Origin: Camelus ferus | Taxonomy: Eukaryota | Reading direction: 5' to 3' | Length of the DNA stretch: 64,000 nucleotides | NCBI RefSeq assembly: GCF_009834535.1 | Contig: NC_045696.1 | Span: 66,218,001 to 66,282,000 of the forward strand | Shown here: piece after piece, positions 12,551 to 25,365 of the stretch | Numbering within the stretch: position 1 is the stretch's first letter | How the letters are laid out: each line of letters starts with the position of its first letter | The notes under the pieces: model-generated | Databases searched by the model: none | What the model was told of the DNA's origin: nothing | What the model saw: only the letters and a program-made list of their open reading frames with translations | Program-made: the position numbers and the translations under genes

Positions 12551-15500
12551 CTAAGTAACGTGACATTGAAGGTGCTCGGAAGTTCCTAGATTTCTCCCGC
12601 TTTGGGAAATTCTGGAGGCTGAAAAGTATGCCCACAGACTCAGCCCTTTGATATGACGCAACCTAAGCACTAAGGCTATCGTTTAAAAAAAAATTATCAG
12701 CTCTCTTAATAATAACAAAGCAAATCCATAAAAGATAAGTTCGAAGAGCTTAAGGAGTTCGTCTAGTCAGCCCCATCCCCACCACCCCCATCTCTGGTCC
12801 ATTTCATAGATGTGGACAGAGTAGTTCAGGAAAAGGCAAGTATCTTTCCCAAGATCATGTGAGGGAAAGTTAGGGAAATAGTCAGATATATGTCAGGTAT
12901 ATGTTTTAGGGAAGCGAGAAAACAAACCCAAAAACAAAAAAAGAAGTTGCCGAAGCAATGCGGGGAATTCAATTCCACAAATACTGGGATTTCCCCTCCT
13001 ACGTGGGGTTTGCGATGTTTTCCCGACCCTCCCCACACCCACATCCATGCCCAATTTTCTGCAGCATGCATCGCCTCAGGTGTGGTGGGCGGCAGTGAGA
13101 CCAGATGCCATCTGTGCTGCTAGGGTGCCCTGGGATTTCCACCCTCCGCCCCCTATGTCTCATCTCCACCCCTGCATTGTTTTCTTTAGAAAAATCTGCA
13201 CTAGAAGCAAAGAACTGTTTGATCCCATTCCTCTCCCCCTTACCACTCCCCACCCCTCAAACATAAACATACATTTCTTTCTTGACTCAGTTTGTCAAAC
13301 CTTTTGTTATTTACCCTTTAGCATCACAAGTAAGTCTGGTCTTGCCAACATGATCCACACTGCAGCTTTATTTATACAGCAGCAATTGCTTCCCGCGTCT
13401 GTGATTATAACCTAAGGGAAAGAACGAGAGTGCTGGTTGGTCTTTCAAGTGTTTCCTTTTTGCTTAAGTCATTAATGTTCCAACATTCAGTGCAGGTTTT
13501 CTGCCATGGCTTTTAGCTGCTAAACTAATGTTACATTAAAGTGATAAATGATGCTATAAAAACGAGGAACCCCAGCTGAGGGATTAATGTGAGGCGCCCT
13601 TTAAAAAGGATTTAGATTGTGTGTTCTGAATGTATTTGGTATGAGAGTCTTCGAACATTTTAGTAATACACTGGCTTTAAACTCTTGCATTCTGATGTCG
13701 TCTGTTTAAACAATGTCAGATCAACTCTCGCTTCATAGACGCCAAAGCTAAATCTTCTCATTAAATGAAGCCCTTTTAGTTCCTATCCAGATGGAAGCCC
13801 ATGGTAGAAAAATGATTAAGGGGCTCCTGTGAACTCATTACCATTCATTCAGTGGACTGCCTTCCTCTTCCTGATCTCTTCCTTTCTCTTTCCCTCCACA
13901 AGAGCCATTCTGCGTTTCCCACCAAATGAGTGAAGCCCTGCTCTGACATCCTCCCACACAAAGGTGGTTTGGCAGAGGATAAAATCTTCATTGCTAAGAA
14001 CTCTGCTATTGAGTCTTTCTCCTAAAACAGGCCCCTCTTATGTGAGCACTAAGTTGTCCCAGGCCACTTAGGGGTTAGTTAAAGAAAAGCTCTGACATTT
14101 CCCTCTTTTTATCATAGGTATGTTTATTTTATTTTACTTTTTACATTTGTGACAAACTTTTAAACTAAAACTCTTTCCCAATCAGTTCCCCAAATACCAG
14201 CTCTTTAAAGTCATCGCATTGTAAGACATACGTGCTAATATTTGCTATGAAGATAATTATGGTTCCATTAGGTAGAATACTGACATTAAATTATTTCTTA
14301 ATGTCACCTTTAGTGAGTAGATCTCTTTTCTCTCATGCCTTTAATCTTATGTCACTATCCTATCTTCTTTTACTAACACTCAAAGAAAGGCACTTATGAT
14401 AAAGGATGACGTCGGTATAAGAGCTGTCATAGCAACCAGAAGAAGCTGTAATTATTTTGCAGTGCTATCAATTTGGTTTTGCAGGGAGTTATGTTCTTTC
14501 AGAAAACTGTGGTTCCTTTTCAAGTTAAGGCAATTAGAAGTCTGTGCAGATTGGCTATTACATGGAGCCTTCAAAAGCACACCTGACCCCAGTGACTCAG
14601 CTTCTTATTGGGAACACAGATAATGTAGACTGATGGAAAGAAAAGTGGGAAACTCAGGAAATTATATTCTAATTTAAGCCAAAAATGCTTGGGGGGATTC
14701 CTCTCTGTCTTCTGTTTTATCATTAAAGACCTAATTGAAGAACTAAAAATCTGCCCAAACTTATCAAGTCGTCTTACTTCTCTAGTTCCCTTCTCTTTTG
14801 GGATTTGTAGCATTGATCGTCACCCAGATAGTTCAAGTGTCTTTGGGCACATTTAGAGACAGAGAAGAATTGTTGAGTTTTTAAAAATTAAATTTCAAAA
14901 GTAAATCATAATGATCATTCAAGATCACTTTCTGTCAGTGGCTCATCAGTAAAGTCGGTTTCCTATATTAAAGACCTTAACTTGAAAAACCAATTTAATA
15001 AGTGGGAACGCAGCAGAAATACTGGAGTCTGAGCATTGCTCTATGCGGATGACCATTTTCAACTCTCTGTTACTGATCAATCAGCAAAATCATGTTTTAC
15101 TTACCTAAAACCGAAAAGATCCCTCTTTACTCTAAGTAAAGCTTCATTACACAATTATCTGTGCCCAGATTTTACTTCTCCTATTTTTAAAAAAGCATTT
15201 TGTTACCACCTAGACTTTCCCCTCCTTTTCCATTCCCTACCTTAAAGATTTTCAAGAGTCCCTGAATTATATAAATGGTTTTTCAGCATTAAGATGTAGC
15301 CTTTTATACTATGAGATCTTATTCATCCTGGCTAAACCTCCCTGAGGAGTTTTCTTAGCAATCTGCTGAGCTCCTTTTGGTTAGAGCACTAGATCTTGGG
15401 ATCAGATGCACTAATCCTCACATCCATCTGTAGAATTATGCTCAATTCTCCTGGAATAGATAAGACATAGAAAATAATGGCGGGAGGTAAAGGGAACATA

Positions 15501-15717
15501 TGAGAAACTGAGATAGTATATATAGTTCTAAATTCGAACAGAAAAAAAAACTTAGGAAAAATTATTTATTGGATCAAGTGCCACATATTTCCCCCACAAT
15601 TGTTTATTTCCCATCTAGAATATTTAATAGCTCACTTCCTGGTCTCACTCTTTTCCACGTGTCCCACAAAATAAAATGTAAATTATTATGGGAATTCTAT
15701 ACTTCAAAAAAATCTAC

Positions 15718-15895
15718 ATCAAAGTTTTTCAAGGTATGGTGCATAAACACTGATTCAGAATCCCTCGGGGAACTTGCAAAAAAGGTAGAATCCTAGTGTC
15801 CTCCCCAACCTAGTGAGTCAGAACCTGTGTACGTTTCTAACAAATCTTCTTGATAATTCTTCAACCATTAGCTATTAATTTGTATACTACAGTCT
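15718..15895. mobile_element. MER5-like hAT MITE, degraded
   Basis: cagaatccctcggggaacttg...gagtcagaacc...tttctaacaa. Confidence 0.55.
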
Positions 15896-17061
15896 AAAAT
15901 ACCCAGCTTGCCCCTAAAGGTACTCCAAAACGTGGCCCAATTCCTCACCAGTTTTCTTAGTTTCTGGTTTAGCCAAGTCCTTTAGGTTTGAGAAACAGAG
16001 ACTCCTTCCAGGTTTGGTTTCTAAGAAGGACTCATCAAAGATGAAGTAATTCTTATGAGAGTCAGAGTGAGTTGTCCCCGGAATTACTTTAATTAATATG
16101 TGCTGCTTCAAAAAAAAAACCAAAAAAAAAACCCATGAAGATTCCAAAAGGTATGTATTTTAATGTTTACCTGATGATAAATAAATTAACAACCATTATA
16201 AAAACCAAACCTTTTTACTTTATCTACTCTGAGCCTTTATTTACTCCATTTAAGAAGTAAAGGGGTTGGGTTGGTCTGAGTGGTCTGGATGTTCTCTCAA
16301 ATACCTTCCAGTTCTGACGTCCTGTAATCTTAGAGCATCATGTGTCATTACCAATATCCCTCAAATTTCCTGTCATTCTTCTCACTTTATTTCCTCATCT
16401 ACTAAACTTTGGGGACTTATTTTTTTTGCACTGTTTCTTCTACTTCTTCGCTGTGTATATAATTCATGTCTCCAAATTCACTGCATATGCATTAGTCAGA
16501 TTCTACTTGCTGTCCACCTTCCTTGGGTTTATAACAGGATTTTCACCCTTACTCCATCCGCTTCCATTTCAAGCTACATTGGAAGAAATGCTCCACACTT
16601 TGGATCTGTTTTAGTTTAATTTCCTTTAAACTAACTTAAGTAAGATGATTAGCATATCTTGTGTGAGTGCACAGTCTAATTGTCATGACAAAATACGCAG
16701 GGACTTCCAGGAGGTTTGTTGGAGCACATGAACTGGGAATTCTCTCCTTTCCTGCCTCTGCTCGGGGAGCCCCAGAGGGTGAGTCAGGGCTGTGCTGGCA
16801 GAATCCTTGAAAGATCCTGGAAAATAAAATTCCTGAGAAGGGCAGATTATTCTTCTTGGTGGAAAATGCCAGGTTGTAAAAACAGAGGCTAAATGACTGA
16901 ATTTACAGCAGTAATTATCTCAGAATGATAATTAACTATCTTCTTCAAGTTTTCAAAGATTTAAATGCCTCCTACTTTGCTGTAACTCTGTTTTAGTATG
17001 AGTGTGTTTGAGTCTTCTGTTTAGATTCCAGAGACTGACTGTTTTTTAAATTTTTAAATAG

Positions 17062-17258
17062 CAGGGTGATGAGGGGTGTCTGCTTGAGGTACAGGTAATA
17101 AGAAGGTGCATTGTTGGTAGAGAACTTATAAACCAAAATAAAATTGGCTAAAAGTTAGTCTGATTTTTATTATCGTCATGTGCAGGCACTTCTAAGTAAT
17201 GTCAGTAAAAAAAAATAATACTCCTTGAAAACATTTTCTTTTGGTCTAAGTTCTAAAC
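17062..17258. mobile_element. hAT-Tip100-like fragment (MER97-like)
   Basis: ggtgcattgttggtagagaac...tttttattatc...ttggtctaagttctaaac resembles the remembered consensus. It stops where the Charlie element begins. Confidence 0.5.
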
Positions 17259-18577
17259 CGATGGTTCTCAAAGTAGACTTTGACCTAAGACACTGGGAGT
17301 ACTACACACCCTTTTGGGAGGCTGTGAGGTCAAAAGTATTCTCAGAATAAAACTAAAATGCTACTTGCTTTATTTTTCTCATATTTTTTCAAGTGTGCAA
17401 TGAAGTTTCCAGAAGCTGTAATGATAATACAACATATTGGATGGTGAAGCAAAAAGGAGTGTTATTATTTTAGCTAAAATGTAAAGCAATGGGGTGCATG
17501 TATTTTTTTGAATTAATTTCCTCTGGATATGTACCAAGGAATGGGATTGCTGGATCATGTGATAAGTCTATTTTTAGGTTTTTAAGGAATCTCCATACTG
17601 TTTTCCATAAGCTGCACCAAACTGCATTCCCACCAACAACGTAGGAGGGTTCACTTTTCTCCACACCCTCTCCACCAATGTTTATAACAGTACTATTTAC
17701 AATAGCCAAGACATGGAAACAACCTAAATGTCCATCGACACATGACTAGATAAAGAAGGCGTGGTATATTTATGCAATGGAATACTACTCAGCCATAAAA
17801 AAGAATAAAATAATGCCATTTGCAGCAACATGGATGGACATGGAGATCATCATTCTAAGTGAAGTAAGCCAGAAAGAGAAAGAAAAATACCATATGATAT
17901 CACTTATATGTGGAATCTAAAAAAAAAAAAAGACACAAATGAACTTATTTACAAAACAGAATCAAACTCACAGACATAAAAAACAAACATGATTATTGAG
18001 TGGGAAGGGATAAATTGGGAGTTTGATATTTTCAGATACTAACTACTATATATAAAATAGATAAACAAGTCTCTATTGTATAGCACAGGGAACTATATTC
18101 AATATTTTGTAGCAACCTATAATGAAAATGAATATATGTGTACATATGTATGACTGAAACATTATGCTGTACGCCAGAAATTGACACATTGTAAACTGAC
18201 TACACTTCAATTAAAAAAATTTGGACTGTTAAGAGCTGATATTTTCAGTTAATTCAGTCATTTTATTATCAAAAGAATATAAAATTATCTTTAAACCTGA
18301 ATTATTAAGCACACACATTTATTCAACAACAAAAAATATAAAGCAATGTACTTTACTGCTAAGTTTAATGTAGCTTTTTAGTGAAAAAAAAGTTAAAATG
18401 GAGTATATCATTGTTATTTTTAAATAATCTTTAAAGCATATTTAAAAATTTTCCCATTCTAATTTCTAATATGGTAAATATCACTAGCAATAACCCACAA
18501 AAATTGAAAAGTTTGAGATTGTCAATAAATCTTAATAGTGTAAGGAATCATGAGACCAAAAAGTTTAAAAACCACTG
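17259..18577. mobile_element. hAT-Charlie1-like non-autonomous element, split by an L1
   Basis: Left end gatggttctcaaag...gaggtcaaaagtatt. Right end aatttctaatatggtaaata...tgagaccaaaaagtttaaaaaccactg. Approximate 8-bp TSD ttctaaac/ttcttaaa. Confidence 0.7.
17492..18332 (+). mobile_element. 5'-truncated, 5'-inverted L1 with extra 3' sequence
   Basis: Antisense ORF2 C-terminal piece at 17492-17674 ([29 protein letters not shown]), then sense ORF2 end/3'UTR 17675-18219. 16-bp TSD at 17476-17491 and 18333-18348 (1 mismatch). Confidence 0.9.
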
Positions 18578-18814
18578 TTCTTAAAATAATTTAATTTTTT
18601 ATTAAAAATGCTAATAATTTAATTGCTGGAGTTAATTTTCTCTTTGATAAATGCAGAGTATCTCTCTGAAAAGATCAACTATGTATTTAATATATAATAT
18701 AAATATACATATTTAACAAGTAATCAATTGATGGACATTATTTCTAATCTTTGTTATTATAATAGATCTATAATATCCTTATAGAATTATATAATTACTT
18801 TCATACTTAACTAT

Positions 18815-18950
18815 AAGGTGTGTATGTAATATATCATCCAGATGAGAACATCGTTGAGGCTAAACGGGCAGGAGTGTTACTAATTACACTGGGACAGGAC
18901 AAGTGTAAACCGGGACTACATACCAGGTAAATGAGATGCATAATCACGCC
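18815..18950. mobile_element. MER81-like hAT-Blackjack MITE
   Basis: taattacactgggacaggacaagtgtaaaccgggact. Confidence 0.6.
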
Positions 18951-18954
18951 ACTT

Positions 18955-19187
18955 ATACTGCACCTATTATGTGCCAACCACTTTACATATATTACCATAT
19001 TTAATAAACATGGCAACCCTATGAGGTACTTGCTATTATTATTCCCGTTCTACAAATCAGAAAACTCTGACATAAGAGATATGAAATAATTTGCCCAAGG
19101 CCACACATAGTAAATGCAAAATTAGGATTCAAACCCAAACAGCGTGGCTCCATCATCTATGCTCTTAACCATCACATTATATTGTCT
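18955..19187 (-). mobile_element. MIR SINE, near full length
   Basis: caaccctatgaggta...attattattcccgtt...aatttgcccaaggccacaca...ggattcaaaccca...atgctcttaacca. Confidence 0.85.
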
Positions 19188-19209
19188 TTCTTTGAGAGTT
19201 GTGGGGTAT

Positions 19210-20620
19210 TATTAAAGGATAAATTCCTAAAATTATAATTCGGACTAAAAAGGTATGTGAATTTCTATGTTGATAAATATTGACAAATATGTTTCTTTGA
19301 GGCTGAACCAATATTCTCTAACCAAGAATGCATAAGATTATCTATTTCCTCATATTCTCAACTGTGTTGTATATTATCAACTTAAAAAATTATCTTCTTA
19401 AAAAATTGCCATTCTGACAGGTGAAGAGTGGTTTTTCAGCGTATTGATATTGCTCTGATTCTGATGGTAGTTGAGCATATTTTCATCTGTTTAAGAGTCA
19501 TATGTTGTGAATTTTGTGTGTCCACTTGACTGGGCTAAGAGCTGCCCAGATAGTTGGTAAAACATTATTATTGGGTGTGTCTGTGATAGTGTCTCTGCGA
19601 GCGATTAGCATTTGAGTCAGCAGACCACACATAAAGATGATCACCCTTACAGTGTTGGTCAGCATTGTCTAATCCACTAAGGACCGGAGTAGGACAAAAG
19701 GTGGGGGAAGGATAAACTGACTCTCCCCTTGAGCTAAGACATTCATCTTCTGCCCTCAGACATCAGTGCTGCTGATTCTCAGGCTTTCAAATTCATACTG
19801 GAACTCACACCACTGGCCCAATGATTCTCAGAGCTTCAGATTCAGATTAAATTACACCACAAGCTTTCTTGGTTCTCCAGTGTGTAGATAGCCAATTGTG
19901 GGCCTTTTTTGCCTCCAAAACTGTGTCAGTCAATTTCTATAATGTCTCCTATTATCTATATTTTCTGTTTTTCTCTTTCCCTCTCCTACTGGTTCTTTCT
20001 CTGGAGAACCTTGACTAATGCATATGTACTAACCCTTCTGTTTACAACTGTTGCACTTTTTCAGTTGCATTGTTCTTCTTTTGCTTACTGATTTGTGGGA
20101 GCCCTATAATAAGGAAATTGGATTAATTATCTGCCATATATGTTCCAAATACCTTCTCTCTTCTTTTCACTGTTTCTACTACTTTTCCATACAGATTAGA
20201 AAACATTTATATAATTAAATTCAACAATCTTTTCTTTCATGGCTTTTGAACTTTCACACTCAGAAAGGACAGCCTCGTGTCATTTATGGATGTGCCCTTG
20301 TGCATGTGTGTGTGTGTTTAATTTTCAGAGTTTTTTCTTAGTTCCTTTATGACTTAATTTTCACATTTCAATGTGTGAATTGCCTGTCATTTATTTTAAT
20401 GTAGAAGGTTAAGCAGGTAGTCACCTTTATTTTTATATCTTAATATACATTTTAAATTATTATGTTCTCAGTACACTTTATATATGGTAGTGTTACTTCT
20501 CATTTCTTTACTCTTTCAAAAATATCCTAGATATTTTGCTTGTCTAGCTTTCCATGTAAATATTAGAAACAGCTAATCTAATTATAAAACCAAAATTGCA
20601 TTCATATTATTAATTAACTT
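19210..20620 (-). mobile_element. Old L1 (L1ME-like) fragments flanking an MLT2 LTR
   Basis: Antisense ORF2-end motifs (ttgccattctgacaggtga; gttgagcatattttcat) continue on both sides of the LTR. Confidence 0.6.
19506..20022 (+). mobile_element. MLT2 (ERVL) solo LTR
   Basis: Start tgtgaattttgtgtgtccacttgactgggc and end ctggttctttctctggagaaccttgactaatgca. 5-bp TSD TATGT (19501-19505 and 20023-20027). Confidence 0.9.
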
Positions 20621-21550
20621 CTCTATTATTATAATTTATATAGATATAAATTTTTATAATTGTTCCCTTGGAGAACTGGCATTTCTTTTTATTCTTTCAA
20701 GTCTTATTTGAGTTGCTGGGTAGTTTTAAAATTGTATTCATATGAAACTTATTTGAATAGAGGAGAAATATTTATTTTATATAACAATTTTGTAATAGGA
20801 AACTTGTTGAATTCTAGTATCACAGTCTTACATATAAATACACAAACAATGATCAAACGTAAATTAAATCTTTCAAAATGAAAGGATAGAACAAACTAAA
20901 TAAGCAGAGAAAATATACCACTGGGGCTAACACAGATAATTCCAATAAATTAAAGAAAACGTCATATAAAAATGCGTGGCTGTTAGCATAACTGATGCCA
21001 TCACGTGCTCTTACAGTTCCTCCTACCTTTTTGCTGACCTTACCTAGAATCAGTACTAGGGTATGTACCGTGTAGTAAATAACTTCTCAGTCATCAAGAA
21101 TTTTGCCATTAATAGATACTGTTTAATAATCATTGGGTTCAAGTGGCCTTGCTGCTCTTGTTAGTCCTCAAACAATGATGAAAAACCTTCCGTGATATAT
21201 TTCAGGCACCCATGAGATTAGTTACCCATTCATGAATTTTGACTTAGGAATGCATGTCCAGGTTTTAAGCATCTACCTCGATACCCTAGGTTAATTATGA
21301 AATTGTCCCAGTGGCCCCTCGGTCTCCCCGACAGAGTGCAGATGCGGTGCTTCCAGATCACTGTCCGCCTGACCTCCATCTCACCCTGTGAGTAAGTAAC
21401 TCTAATAAACTGATCCATTGATTAGATGGAGCCACCTGCCTCATTTTTCAGTCTCAAGGTGCCTTCTCAGTTTTGTGGACACTTTTGGTTCCCTCCAAAC
21501 TCCAACAAAAAGCAACACTATAATCAGAGGCCTTAGAAAAAATACAACAA

Positions 21551-21571
21551 AAATAAATAAAACATAAAACA

Positions 21572-21616
<45 letters not shown>

Positions 21617-21620
21617 ACAA
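21551..21620. repeat. (AAAT)n microsatellite
   Basis: About ten perfect AAAT units plus degenerate flanks. Confidence 0.95.
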
Positions 21621-22444
21621 ACCCCCAAACCAGAATGCTATGGAAAAGATAAAAATACGTACAAGGAAGGGTTCTTGGATTTAAAACAATTGCGCAGACA
21701 AGCACTCTGAGAGACATGTCGAAGGGTGAGTCCCAGGAAATCTCTCACTTTCATGCAGATTTAAAATTCTCCATTTTGGAAGGAAAGAGTTTTGTTAGTG
21801 TTATAACTTCCATCTTGTTTTCTAATTCTAGTTTACCCGACTAAAGTCTAAGGTTATTTCCTGTTTTACCATTCTATGAATTTTTAAAACAATTACTTCA
21901 TCCATGTTTAAAATTAGATTTGTTATCAAAGTGCTAGAATAGAATCATTTACTCACTTACTCACCACAAGTTGTGACATCCATTTCTCTATTGTTTCTTT
22001 TTTTAAGGTTCTTTTCCTTCCAACTCCACCTCACTGCTCTTTCTAACCAAAACCTCCTCGAAGCAGAATTAGCCTCAGCTTATTTTGGTTTGTCACTGCA
22101 TCAGTTTCCCTCATATTTTTGTTTAAGTACATAGTGTATTGTATTATAAATTATCTATTTCTACATCCCTTTCACTATTAAGTTAGGAATTCCTAGAGGA
22201 GGAAGACTACCTACTTAAAATCTTACACATAATTCTGAGGAGAGCACCCAAGTCATAATGGACACTGAGGATTGCTGTTGAATAAAAATTCAAGTTTAAC
22301 ACATGTTGATTTAAACTATGTAGCAGACACAAAAACTACAAGTTATATGGACTCCAAGTGAATAAGACCCCTGTCCGTGTTACTTATAATGTAACTGAAA
22401 GTAGAGATGATGAAAAATCAAATTAATATACTACAAACTAAAAC

Positions 22445-22655
22445 TGGGTTTCTCATTCTCAACCTCAGCACTGTTGACATCTTGTGCCAAATAATTCCTT
22501 GTTATGGGGGACACTTCTGTATACTGTGTAACGTTTAGCATCTTCTCTGGCCTCTACGCACCAGAACACCCCCTCAGTTGTGACAACCAAAAATGTCTTC
22601 AGACACTACCAAATGTCCCCTGGTGGGCAGAGTTGCCCCTGGTCAAGGACAACCA
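22445..22655 (+). mobile_element. MER20 hAT-Charlie MITE
   Basis: ttctcaacctcagcactgttgacat...cagttgtgacaaccaaaaatgtcttcagaca...aaatgtcccctgg. Confidence 0.88.
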
Positions 22656-23079
22656 AGTTAAAGTAAGACAAGTGCCATAAAGTAATATAAAGTTAGTGCT
22701 TTGGAGATTCAAAGTAGGGAGAGTTACACCTAGTAGGAAAAATCAGAGAAGTTTTCATGGAAAAGTTATTTAAGATGAGCCATTATTAGCACCATATCCA
22801 AAGCATGTTTAAAATTTTGCCTAAAACGTTCATTTCCTGAACTCTCAACGAGTTTGGTTGGTTTAGAGCATGAGTGTTAGCAAAGGGCATTGATAAAATT
22901 AGAGAAAAATTATACTGAGAATATTTTCCAATATACAGATATCAAGAAGAGAATACTATTCTCTAGCTGATTCTTTATGTATTCCTCCCAAATCTTTAGA
23001 TTTGCAATTTTTTTTTTTGCTTTCATCATGAAAATGCAATTTAGTAATATTGTCTATTTTCCTGATGAATTTTTCCTGT

Positions 23080-25365
23080 TTCATCATATACTTACCTTCT
23101 TAATCCCTAACAGGACATTTTTGCCTTAATGTCTATTTTGTCTGTTAGTAACATAGATGAACTAAGGATTCCTTTGTTTGGCATTTTTCTCCCCCTTATA
23201 CTTTCATTATTTTATTTTTTAATATGTCAAATTCTTCTCTTGTGAATAACATACTTTGTTGTTGCTATTCTTTTAATCCATTCTGAGAGTGTCTTAATAG
23301 ACAATATTATACCACTTGTATTTAACTGGCAAGTATAGATTCCTTACATTTACTATAATTACTGATAAATTTAGATTTATTTCACCATCTTAATTTTGTA
23401 TATAGAAAAATTACAGTGGTAAAAGAATGGATTCTAGAGCCAGACTCTCTGAGTTCTACTACTGACTAGCTGTGTGAGTTTGAACAAAGTACTTAAATCA
23501 AGTGCATGTCAATTCCATAATCTTTAAAGTGGCATGACTATTACATTTATTGCCTGACATCACTGTAAGTATTAAATGAGAAAATACATCTAATACACTT
23601 ACGATACTACTTAATTTTACGATATACCCTCAAAATTTTACTTGTATATTTAATTTTAGGCTTTCTATACCATGCTTTCTTCTTTACTCTTTTTCTCTTT
23701 TCTGTTCTTCCATTAGATCAGTCTTCGTGTAACATAATTTATTTCCCTTTTTTTTGTCGCTACTAGTTTCCAGGTTTTACATCTTCATTTGTATCCTTTT
23801 TGTGGTTACTTTTTATTTCTAGATTTGACTTAAAGTTCAATTAATAGTATTACCTTCCACACAAACAATACAAAGACTGTAGAATATGTGTGCTCACACA
23901 TTTTCTTTTTTTTTTCTTTTTTATAGCTTTCTGTTTTATTTATTATTTAATTATTATTATTTTTTTTATTTTGGTGGGGGGAGGTAACTAGGTTTATTTA
24001 TTTTTAGAGGAGGTACTGGGGCTTGAACCCAGGACCTCATGCATGCTAAGCAAGCGCTCTACCACTTGAGCTATACCCCCCACACACACATTTTCTAATA
24101 TTTTGTTCACCATTACTTCTTGTATCCTAATTCTTCCAGGATTTAAAGTCCTTCTTCCTGAAGGAGGAGTCTGTCAGGTGCTCTCAGTCTTCGTTTATTT
24201 GAAATTTTCTTCATATGACTCTCATTTTTGATAGCTTAGCTGGGCAGAGAATTATAGGTTGACAGTTATTTTTGTTCCACATTGTGAAGGTATTATCCCA
24301 TAATTGTGATTGCTGCTGTTTTTTGTTGAGCAATCTTTAGTCATTCTAATTACAGTGATTTTATATGTGGTGTGTCTTTTCTATGTAGTGGGATTTTTAC
24401 ATATTCTCTTTGATTTCGTGTTCTGAAGTTTCACTAAAATGTGTCTAGGTGTGGAATTATTTATTCTTTATAGAACTTATGCTTCTTGAAAGTAAAGAAT
24501 TTTAACACTGAAAATTCTCAACCATGTTGTCTTCAAATGTAGATGCCTGTATCGTCTTCTTCTGGAACTCCTGTCAAGTATACGTGAACGTTCTTAATCT
24601 ATTCTTCTTGTCTCTGACCCTGTCTTCCATGTTTCTGTCTTGTTGTCTCTGTGCTGCGTTGCAGATGGCACTCTCAAATTCGTCTTTCAATGCTCTAATT
24701 CACTTACCAGTTCTTATAACCTCCTTAAACTATTTTCATTGTGATACCATTTCAAGAGGACTTCTTCTGTGAGATTTTCTTGTGACCTGAATTGTGGAAT
24801 GTCTCTTTAGAGAAGTTTTGTGTTTGCCTTTGTTAGGAACATACTTATTGGGGTGAACATTTGTCTTAATTAGTGAGATGGAGATTCCTGTATCTTGCAG
24901 TCTGATAATTTAGACGTCAGTATTCAAAGACTTGAGTCTAGGTTTACAAGTTCCCCCTTTTTTTCCATCCAGGATCTAGACAGAGAGAGAGGATTCATTG
25001 TTGTTTATCTGCTTCCTATGTCAGTGAATAGATTTTATTCCATCCTTTCACTGAAGTTTCAATTCTCTTAGGGTTCCAGCTCTCTGCATCAATCTCTTTC
25101 CAACTTTTTACTAAAGTGAGGTTATTAAAATCCAAGTGCTAGACAACTAAGTCTGATACACCGTGCCTCTAACTTTTGTGCCCTATCGTTTTCAGAGATC
25201 CAACCGATGAATTTTTCAGCTTTAATTTCTGTCACCTGAGGATTCTCATTTCATCTTGTCAGTTCAACTACATATTTCGTATATTGATAGTTATATCCAG
25301 TGTCTCAAATTGTTCATAATGGAAGGGATTTTATACTCTTTTACTCCACCATTTTGCCAGAATCA
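23080..25365 (-). mobile_element. Old L1 (L1M) 5'/ORF1-region fragments, interrupted by a MIR (~23415-23610) and a SINE
   Basis: T-rich antisense L1 motifs: agaattataggttgacagttattttt; ttctgaagtttcactaaaatgtgtctaggtgtgg; ccaccattttgccagaa. Confidence 0.6.
23907..24084 (-). mobile_element. Vic-1-type camelid SINE (tRNA-Ala derived)
   Basis: Minus strand ggggtatagctcaagtggtagagcgcttgcttagcatgcatgaggtcctgggttcaagccccagtacctcc plus A-rich tail. 12-bp TSD CACACATTTTCT (23895-23906 and 24085-24096). Confidence 0.9.

Noticed and set aside
12826..13415. Cluster of ORFs up to 122 aa
   Set aside because: Low-complexity and MIR-adjacent sequence with no recognisable protein features.
24008..24082. tRNA-Ala(AGC) gene (also at ~43.4k, ~46.4k and ~63.9k)
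   Set aside because: The tRNA-like heads are followed by A-rich SINE tails, mostly with clear TSDs. They are SINEs, not tRNA genes.
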